Source: a virus (Duplodnaviria; Caudoviricetes). Taken from it: a DNA stretch of 64,000 bases. The notes beneath the pieces are model-generated. The model had not been told where the DNA came from and ran no database searches. It worked only from the letters and a program-made list of their open reading frames with translations. Below, in pieces: positions 57,451 through 64,000 of the stretch (its first letter is position 1; each line of letters begins with the position of its first letter). The stretch is from positions 32,001-96,000 of the IMG/VR virus record IMGVR_UViG_3300037067_015270; one strand, written 5' to 3'. A program made the position numbers and the translations under genes.

Positions 57451-57728
57451 CTCTCTAACTCGGCCTTCGCCTCCGGAGTAAGTACTGGTGGTGGCTTCTT
57501 CGACGTTCTCTCGACCACGCCGTCGATAGCTAGCCTGTCGAGGTCCTTCGCCTCAACCCCATGTAGAGCGATGTAGTGGCGCTGCACGAGAAACGTTCCT
57601 GAGGATGCCGTGATTTCGACCATCTCACCAAACTCTTCGGCGTAGTGCTTAATTATACCTTCTACGTCCTTGTTGATATAATGGAGTGGTTCGCCGCAAG
57701 CACAGTAACCGGGTTTAATAGGCATCAC
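57414..57728 (-). CDS. Hypothetical protein
   Basis: CACGEPLHY...HYIALHG. Promoter TTACAT-N17-TATAAT at 57778-57806. Confidence 0.6.
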   Translation of the reverse strand: MMPIKPGYCACGEPLHYINKDVEGIIKHYAEEFGEMVEITASSGTFLVQRHYIALHGVEAKDLDRLAIDGVVERTSKKPPPVLTPEAKAELERWYGSPEQKESS

Positions 57729-57936
57729 GATTTAGTTTCCTTGGCATTTCGAGAAAACGACTCGATTACCTATCACCATTATAGCATAATGAACTGTTGG
57801 ATGTAATTTATAGCTATTGAATAGAAGGATGAATCAGACTTTGATGCCAATCAATCGAATACCTCAAAAGATGGGTGCACGGCTCACTAAAATCGAGCCA
57901 AGCGTGTGAGCTAATTCAAATAATACCGCGAACTTT

Positions 57937-58758
57937 CTAATCGAGATAGATGACCCTATTTGATACGTTATCATGTGAATTGGAGCCAAATTGATATACT
58001 GGCTTCTGGTTTGGATATATTATTGGTCGGTCTGGATATTTTACCGTTTGCTTTGCTGCCCACGATGTGGGAAATTGGATCATTTCCTCTTCTGGTATTC
58101 TACCAATATAGATCCAATAATTATATGGGAAGAACCAAGCAGCGTTATAATCAAATTTAATACCTTGACGATATTCTTCCGCAGACTGTATACTACCAAA
58201 ATGAACATGTGCCTGTGTCGTTTGTTCGACGAAAAACGTCCCATTAATTGCCGAACCCGCCCTTTTCACGCCCATAAGAACACAGTCGCCCATTTGATCA
58301 ACATAGAGCATAAAAGCATATTTAAAATATTGTTCACCGGGCAGCCCATCTCTACCAGTTGCTAATTGCAGATTCTCTCGAATCCATTCTGGGAATGCAA
58401 TACCACTCATAACCCTGGTATCAAGTGATTCTAGCTCATAATTCGTATACTTTATATAGCAAATGATCTTACCTTTTGCATCACAGAAATCAAGTGGTGG
58501 ATTTGGCCAGCCAGGTAATTGCTCTAATTTATTTAATTGTATCTGGTATTTATGGCCTAACTGGTTGTTAAGCCATTTTTGAAATAATCTCCCACCAAAC
58601 CTCTTAGCACACATGCTATCTAGTTTGCTTGTATCACTATTATCGACCTTATTATGTCGCTTCCCAGAGCCAAAACCAAAATGCGTCAGATTAACTTCTT
58701 GTTCAGTGCCATGGATACGAATAAGCGAGTTGATGTAGTTGATGACTTGTTGGTTCAT
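57937..58758 (-). CDS. Hypothetical protein
   Basis: 273 aa ORF. Confidence 0.6.
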   Translation of the reverse strand: MNQQVINYINSLIRIHGTEQEVNLTHFGFGSGKRHNKVDNSDTSKLDSMCAKRFGGRLFQKWLNNQLGHKYQIQLNKLEQLPGWPNPPLDFCDAKGKIICYIKYTNYELESLDTRVMSGIAFPEWIRENLQLATGRDGLPGEQYFKYAFMLYVDQMGDCVLMGVKRAGSAINGTFFVEQTTQAHVHFGSIQSAEEYRQGIKFDYNAAWFFPYNYWIYIGRIPEEEMIQFPTSWAAKQTVKYPDRPIIYPNQKPVYQFGSNSHDNVSNRVIYLD

Positions 58759-59003
58759 TTATCAAGGTCTTTGAGTATCATATCCATTTTTGATTGTTGC
58801 TTCTCTGCTAGTCTAGCCCAGAATTCAGTCATATCGCCAGATGTTTCATCAAGATGGATAGCTACATATTCCCTAAGTAAGTTGCCATCAATGTCATAAG
58901 CCAATTCTGTATGTACATTGATGTCCAATTCTGCCGCTACTTCAAGCATTAGCGGAGCACGGTCTTTGGTACAATTGGTAAGTAAGTAATCTTCATAAAC
59001 CAT
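58755..59003 (-). CDS. Hypothetical protein
   Basis: Overlapping start/stop codons with neighbours. Confidence 0.55.
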   Translation of the reverse strand: MVYEDYLLTNCTKDRAPLMLEVAAELDINVHTELAYDIDGNLLREYVAIHLDETSGDMTEFWARLAEKQQSKMDMILKDLDK

Positions 59004-59515
59004 TAGTTATCGTCACCATCTGAATTAAGTTCACAACAACCACCTAAGACTTGTGTTGGTCGAGACTTTCGCCCGACATGCTCCGCGAATTTTGATGACA
59101 AAGTTCGTGTGTCGGACGTCACTTCACGAGCGATAGCATCACGGCAATGCTCACATCGTCCATCTTTCGTCACTGGTGGTCTCTGCCAACAAAATCTGCA
59201 CACTCTTTCTTCTTCTTTTTTAATACTCTGCTTACTTGCAGCGTGGTGTAAGATTTTATACCGCTTACTACTAAAGTCATGTGTCCTATATGTCTCATAA
59301 ACATCACAAAACTCATCTGACGTTATGAGTTTTGTGAATAAATAACAATATTCGACTGGAACGGCGAGAGTATATCGTTCCCTATAGATTGTCAATATGA
59401 CATATTTGCCTAACAGTATGTCGCCTTCTTCATGTAGCCATTTCAGGTCGTGCTCAACGCTTTGAGCTATTTCGCTGGCGCGTTCTTGCGATATTGTTAA
59501 TTGTGACCAAATCAT
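59003..59515 (-). CDS. Hypothetical protein with CxxC pairs
   Basis: CRFC...CEHC. Confidence 0.55.
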   Translation of the reverse strand: MIWSQLTISQERASEIAQSVEHDLKWLHEEGDILLGKYVILTIYRERYTLAVPVEYCYLFTKLITSDEFCDVYETYRTHDFSSKRYKILHHAASKQSIKKEEERVCRFCWQRPPVTKDGRCEHCRDAIAREVTSDTRTLSSKFAEHVGRKSRPTQVLGGCCELNSDGDDN

Positions 59516-60636
59516 ATCTTGCGACTCGATAACAAATATTCGAATGCACGAAATTCTTCACCTACTAATCGTATTTCGAATTTCTTTGGATCTGATTTTA
59601 GGATAGCTAACATATCCCGTAAATACGTAAGCTTGTGTTCAAACTCCTCAATATCATCATTGATCCAGAAAATTGCGTCATCAGCACGACCACAAAGCAT
59701 GGGTATTCTACCTACATCTTCGACCGAAGTACAACTATTTATGGTGACTACATATATGACAACATTGTCATCGTTTTTAATCAAGCTATGTGTATATTCG
59801 ATGACTGGTTCTGGGTCCCATTTATCTGTATGTTTAGCAAATATTATATCCTCCTTAGTATCTAAATATTCTGCACAATTACCTGGCATATCTTGCCAAG
59901 TGTTATACTGTGTAAACGGCGCTTCACCACGCATAAATAGCAAAATGCCACCATCATCTTCGTCAAGTGGTCTACAAATCCTCTTGATTGCCGAAATAGC
60001 CCTTTGAAGATCACTGTGTTTTGGACGTGGTGGGGCTACCTGAAAATACGCTCTGAGAGCACCAAACCTCTCACATAATTCGTCGCGTTGTTCTTGCGGC
60101 GTCTCAGAAAATTTGTTAATTAACTCAAGGTGGTGAACATCCAAAACACATTCGGACAACCGCATTAAATGTCTAGTCCAGTAATGGCCATCAATCCAGT
60201 TATCGTCTGAACAATCTTTCACCAATCCAGCCTCTACCATCGCACCATGTGTCAAACATCGAAAAACATCGTATGTTACACACTTATCTTCGTTCTCTTC
60301 TTCATCACCAATTTCTTGTTCAATGGAACATCTAACATAATCGAAAATAGCAAAAATAGCCGCCTCAGTAAAGCAATCTAACTCAGCGACTAGCTTGCTT
60401 TCAAAAAACATAGTCGCTGAGTGAGCCAAATACATCATAGCTTGTTTAGCACTTAGCCTATTGAACGCATCTATGTCACAGAGATTGGTGTCCCAATCAT
60501 CTAGACGTTGGCTCAAGTCTTTATGCATTGAGTCTATCGCTTCACGCAAAAGATTAGCCAGCTTTCCTTCAATTAGCTTATTGCCGGACGGCGTAGGCCA
60601 CATAATTAATCCCCTCCCACAAAATTGTGTTGTCAC
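59512..60636 (-). CDS. Hypothetical protein
   Basis: 374 aa ORF. Confidence 0.6.
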   Translation of the reverse strand: MTTQFCGRGLIMWPTPSGNKLIEGKLANLLREAIDSMHKDLSQRLDDWDTNLCDIDAFNRLSAKQAMMYLAHSATMFFESKLVAELDCFTEAAIFAIFDYVRCSIEQEIGDEEENEDKCVTYDVFRCLTHGAMVEAGLVKDCSDDNWIDGHYWTRHLMRLSECVLDVHHLELINKFSETPQEQRDELCERFGALRAYFQVAPPRPKHSDLQRAISAIKRICRPLDEDDGGILLFMRGEAPFTQYNTWQDMPGNCAEYLDTKEDIIFAKHTDKWDPEPVIEYTHSLIKNDDNVVIYVVTINSCTSVEDVGRIPMLCGRADDAIFWINDDIEEFEHKLTYLRDMLAILKSDPKKFEIRLVGEEFRAFEYLLSSRKI

Positions 60637-60639
60637 TTC

Positions 60640-61152
60640 TTAATTTGCCAACGCTTGGCTTCGTCGGCACGATAATTTGACGTAATGATACGCCTTGAAC
60701 CAATTTGGTACTATATTACGTAGTAGTGTATCGAAATCAGCATCATAACTGGCATTAACCATGCAAGTGTAATTATTTAATGCTATACCAAGAGACCTCT
60801 CTGTTTCGTTTTTCGACCTGTTTGATGGCCGTTTGCAGCCACGCCTTGCCATTTCAAGCAATGCCGCTTTCTTCGTAGCTGGATCTCGTGGTCCCCACAA
60901 TGATCGCGGTTTACTCTGCTTTCGAATGAACTGTTTACTTTTCGAGTCGAGCCATATTTTGTCGCCACCACTAACATCGCAAGCAAATGATACAACTTGT
61001 ACTTTGCCGTCGTCGTTGAATACCCCAGCAACGGGTTCATCAAGTTCACAACAATAAGACCGAATACCTGAACTTCTATGTACAAATACTTCAAGTATTA
61101 CGCTATTACAAGCAGACAAAGTACCAGTAACGACATAAAGTTTATATGCCAT
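60640..61152 (-). CDS. Hypothetical protein
   Basis: 170 aa ORF. Confidence 0.55.
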   Translation of the reverse strand: MAYKLYVVTGTLSACNSVILEVFVHRSSGIRSYCCELDEPVAGVFNDDGKVQVVSFACDVSGGDKIWLDSKSKQFIRKQSKPRSLWGPRDPATKKAALLEMARRGCKRPSNRSKNETERSLGIALNNYTCMVNASYDADFDTLLRNIVPNWFKAYHYVKLSCRRSQALAN

Positions 61153-61174
61153 AATTTAAACTATCTCGATGAAA

Positions 61175-61558
61175 TCACGACATTGCTCTAAGCCATTTGC
61201 GATGTTCATCGTACCAATTATTCATATAAGTGCGAAAATTAGCAATAACATAGTCTGGTTTGATAGTACTGACAGTGTGTTTATGCTCTTCACCAAGTTT
61301 GAGTTGTGCATAGTATTGATATCGACGCTTATATTGATATTCACACCATCGCTTGACTTCTACTGCGTTTATCTCAAATCCTTGATCACTCAATATCTTG
61401 ATGAAAGCCTCGGCCATACTAGTGGCAGTATTCTCTATTGGCTGATCGCCTAGAGTTATTTTGGCTGCCGCAGCACTAAATTTCGTTTTAATTCCCATTG
61501 AGCTATCTTTCTCACTAACTACGACAATTGGTACATTCTTCGCGAAACAGGTTTGCAC
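61175..61558 (-). CDS. Hypothetical protein
   Basis: 127 aa ORF. Confidence 0.5.
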   Translation of the reverse strand: MQTCFAKNVPIVVVSEKDSSMGIKTKFSAAAAKITLGDQPIENTATSMAEAFIKILSDQGFEINAVEVKRWCEYQYKRRYQYYAQLKLGEEHKHTVSTIKPDYVIANFRTYMNNWYDEHRKWLRAMS

Positions 61559-61584
61559 CTACCGTCTGCAAACAAACATGAACA

Positions 61585-61971
61585 TTAACTCGCATAGGTT
61601 CTTCCTCTCTTATTGCATCGCGTACCAAATAACTGTGGAAAATCTCTCTTCACTCGCTCTGCCACTATCCTACATTGCAGCTTATTTAGATAACTGATAT
61701 GGCGAACACCAATAATCTCTAAGAGATATTCATATGCTTTCCATCGTGTCATAGTCGGTGAAGGCTCTTGCCACAATCGGTCAAAGGTATTATGGCAATC
61801 TATTTGTGCTTTAACGCGGCGTAGCGTTGTTCGCCTGCTACATCCTGCTTTTACCGTGCTTATGATCTGTTTTTCTTTGATTTTCCTACGCCGCACTAAC
61901 CGACCAGCAATCTCGTTATGATTGTGATGTTTTTTGGCGTATCGCTTGCGGCTAGCCTTCGATCTACCCAT
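61585..61971 (-). CDS. Basic protein with a DUF3268-like C-terminal domain (paralog 1)
   Basis: CHNTFDRLWQ...RWKAYEYL...HISYLNKLQC. Confidence 0.55.
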   Translation of the reverse strand: MGRSKASRKRYAKKHHNHNEIAGRLVRRRKIKEKQIISTVKAGCSRRTTLRRVKAQIDCHNTFDRLWQEPSPTMTRWKAYEYLLEIIGVRHISYLNKLQCRIVAERVKRDFPQLFGTRCNKRGRTYAS

Positions 61972-61991
61972 CGTTATCCTTTTGTTGTGAG

Positions 61992-62936
61992 TCAGATGAT
62001 TTCTGGCCTTTCACATAACTTGTGGGCCGGATTGAAATAGAAATAGTCGGGATGCGACGGAATCGGCTTAAACCCAACTCTAGTCCAATATAGTGCAATC
62101 TTCTTCTGTGCGACATCTAACTCGTCGTCAGAGAGCGACCCCATTTTTGGTAGCTTGTATTTGTCGTCGAATTCCGGACTACCCAATATAAGGTGTGGCT
62201 TCATCACGACAACAGCGCAACCGTCAGCCATAATGTCGATCAGATGCCAAACTGCAGCCAATCCTATCTGGTGGCCACGATATTCTGGAACAATCTGAAT
62301 TTGGTCTAGACAAAAGATGTTGCCCGGTTCGAGGTCGAGTTCTTCGGCAAGTCCGAGCCTATCACCAACAACCTTACTAACTAGGTCCCCGTATTCATCG
62401 CCGTAATCATCAGCGATACTCAACATATCAACAAGACTACTGGCATATGAATATGGTACAATCACGCCGCCAATCTCACCAACTGGCTCACGGCCATTTT
62501 CATGCAATTCAACACGGACCTCTCGAATGATGTCGTCCGCTTCCGACCTATCGAAGTTGATACAGAACGGACCAACTTCGATAGAAATCACAAAGGTTTC
62601 CTCACTGATATCATTCGCATTCCTGGTCATGATGATCCGTTGGTCTTTGCCGTCCTCCACTTGTTTCATTGAGATTATGGTATCAGGAATATCGGGGATC
62701 TTGTCGCCATAAAGTAAGCAGACAAGGCATAATTGTCTGGTCCGAGCGTTATATTGTAGGTTGTTTGGTGGAATACCAGACTTGCTGCGAGCCTTACCAC
62801 AGATGGTAGTTTCCAAGATATGGCCATCCCATATTGAATCGGCCATCTGCATCAGTGTCTTTTCAGTGAACTGAATACCGTCGCGGATCTCGCCAACTGT
62901 GGCGATGGGAGTAATAGTAGAAATACTGCTTGTCAT
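61992..62936 (-). CDS. Hypothetical protein with a C-terminal GNAT-like motif
   Basis: LDQIQIVPEYRGHQIG...YWTRVGF. Confidence 0.55.
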   Translation of the reverse strand: MTSSISTITPIATVGEIRDGIQFTEKTLMQMADSIWDGHILETTICGKARSKSGIPPNNLQYNARTRQLCLVCLLYGDKIPDIPDTIISMKQVEDGKDQRIIMTRNANDISEETFVISIEVGPFCINFDRSEADDIIREVRVELHENGREPVGEIGGVIVPYSYASSLVDMLSIADDYGDEYGDLVSKVVGDRLGLAEELDLEPGNIFCLDQIQIVPEYRGHQIGLAAVWHLIDIMADGCAVVVMKPHLILGSPEFDDKYKLPKMGSLSDDELDVAQKKIALYWTRVGFKPIPSHPDYFYFNPAHKLCERPEII

Positions 62937-62949
62937 CTGAATCTCCTAG

Positions 62950-63381
62950 TTAACGGGTGTAAAACAATTCGAGTTCTAGTTTCGCAATCCAAATGTCGAT
63001 GTCGGTTGCACGCCACGATAGCGTATGGATAACGAAACTATGCATACCATATGGTATCTTCTCGCTACGCGCAACATAATTATCATCACCAAATGGTAAC
63101 GGCATAGTGCCCTCCGCCATCGCCGCAAGTCTGCGACGTTTCGCGTCCTCTTGCGTTATTTTGCAGCGATGAGCAGTCCAAATATCGACATCATTGCCGA
63201 TCAAACAACCGCCGCCGCCACCATCTCCATATTCCTCTGTTCTCGCTCGTATGTGTTCGAGCACTTCTTCAATTGTCGTATGTTTAGTTCTTTTCATATA
63301 CCTTGGTTGAATCTCCAACTGCGCCGCACACCAAATAGCTGCGGGAAGTCGCTCTTCACTCGCATTATCACCAGTCTGCAC
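62950..63381 (-). CDS. Hypothetical protein
   Basis: 143 aa ORF. Confidence 0.45.
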   Translation of the reverse strand: MQTGDNASEERLPAAIWCAAQLEIQPRYMKRTKHTTIEEVLEHIRARTEEYGDGGGGGCLIGNDVDIWTAHRCKITQEDAKRRRLAAMAEGTMPLPFGDDNYVARSEKIPYGMHSFVIHTLSWRATDIDIWIAKLELELFYTR

Positions 63382-63704
63382 TGTGTCGCATTCAGGTTCT
63401 TTATATGGCTAACGCCGACGATTTCTTGAAGGTATTTGTATGCTCGCCAACGGGGCATGGTTTGTGTAGGTCCCTGCCATAATCGATCAAAAGCGTCATG
63501 GCAGGCTATCTGTGCTTTGACGCAGCGCAACCGCTTACGCTTCACTGCTTTTGTACTACCTGAAATGGTTGTATTAGTCGTGTTTACGATCTGTTTTTCT
63601 TTGATCTTCCTATGCCGCACCAACTGCCCAGCCATCTCACTATGATTGTGGTGCTTTTGGGCATAACGCTTGCGGCTGGCTTTTGATCTAGTAAGAGCAC
63701 TCAT
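63294..63704 (-). CDS. Basic protein with a DUF3268-like C-terminal domain (paralog 2)
   Basis: Start MSALTRSKASRKRY. CHDAFDRLWQ...RWRAYKYL...HIKNLNATQC. Confidence 0.55.
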   Translation of the reverse strand: MSALTRSKASRKRYAQKHHNHSEMAGQLVRHRKIKEKQIVNTTNTTISGSTKAVKRKRLRCVKAQIACHDAFDRLWQGPTQTMPRWRAYKYLQEIVGVSHIKNLNATQCRLVIMRVKSDFPQLFGVRRSWRFNQGI

Positions 63705-64000
63705 GAAAAATCGCGTATAATTATGTAGCGGGTTGTACTTGAAATAACGACTCCATCGGCAACAGATTATTTGCGCGAATGCCCCAGCATTCGCATCTGC
63801 CGTAGGGCACACTACCTACCGGCGATTTGTTCACATGACTCAGGAAGTGTGCTCGATCAGTCCAACCACGTAGTGTGTATGCTTTGTCGATAGCACTTGG
63901 TCCTGTTACCAAGATATAGATACAGTCATCGATATATTCTTCTCGCATCTCGCACCCGACGCTTTTTGGTGGTCTGATAAGTAAGTGACCTTCCAAGTGT

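Noticed and set aside
1-64000. Stop-codon reassignment, tRNA or rRNA genes
   Set aside because: Long genes are intact in code 11 with TAA, TAG and TGA all used as stops. No cloverleaf or rRNA-like sequence was seen by eye (tRNAscan not run).

Overview
This 64 kb window is part of a large (jumbo-type) dsDNA phage genome, read in the standard genetic code. The host is probably a Planctomycete: one gene carries a DUF1559-type prepilin leader, another is a Planctomycete-style RimI, and a third has Planctomycete-style extracellular repeats. Bases 1-42 kb hold mostly virion and tail genes, nucleotide-metabolism genes (add, Nudix, tmk, dut), two endonuclease/Mom-like GNAT fusions and a divergent sigma70-like protein. 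Bases 42-64 kb are an early/accessory region with thyX, LemA/TPM genes and many small ORFs. The main discovery is at 54.5-56.8 kb. A lone ~200 aa RAMP (Cas7-like) gene is flanked by 12 clear and 1 degenerate non-coding units, each 12-21 pentamers long. Each pentamer is a near-constant triplet (GTC/RTC on +, GAC/GAY in the predicted RNA) plus a variable dinucleotide. The units share a conserved 3' end motif, and four have their own promoter. Read as codon positions 1-2 with the wobble base skipped, the dinucleotides spell recognisable protein motifs: a DNA methyltransferase SAM-binding motif (LILDPFMGSGSALVAC) and two ribbon-helix-helix segments. This points to a non-CRISPR, RNA-guided system with a gapped, wobble-tolerant recognition code. 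All family assignments are by eye from motifs; no searches were run.
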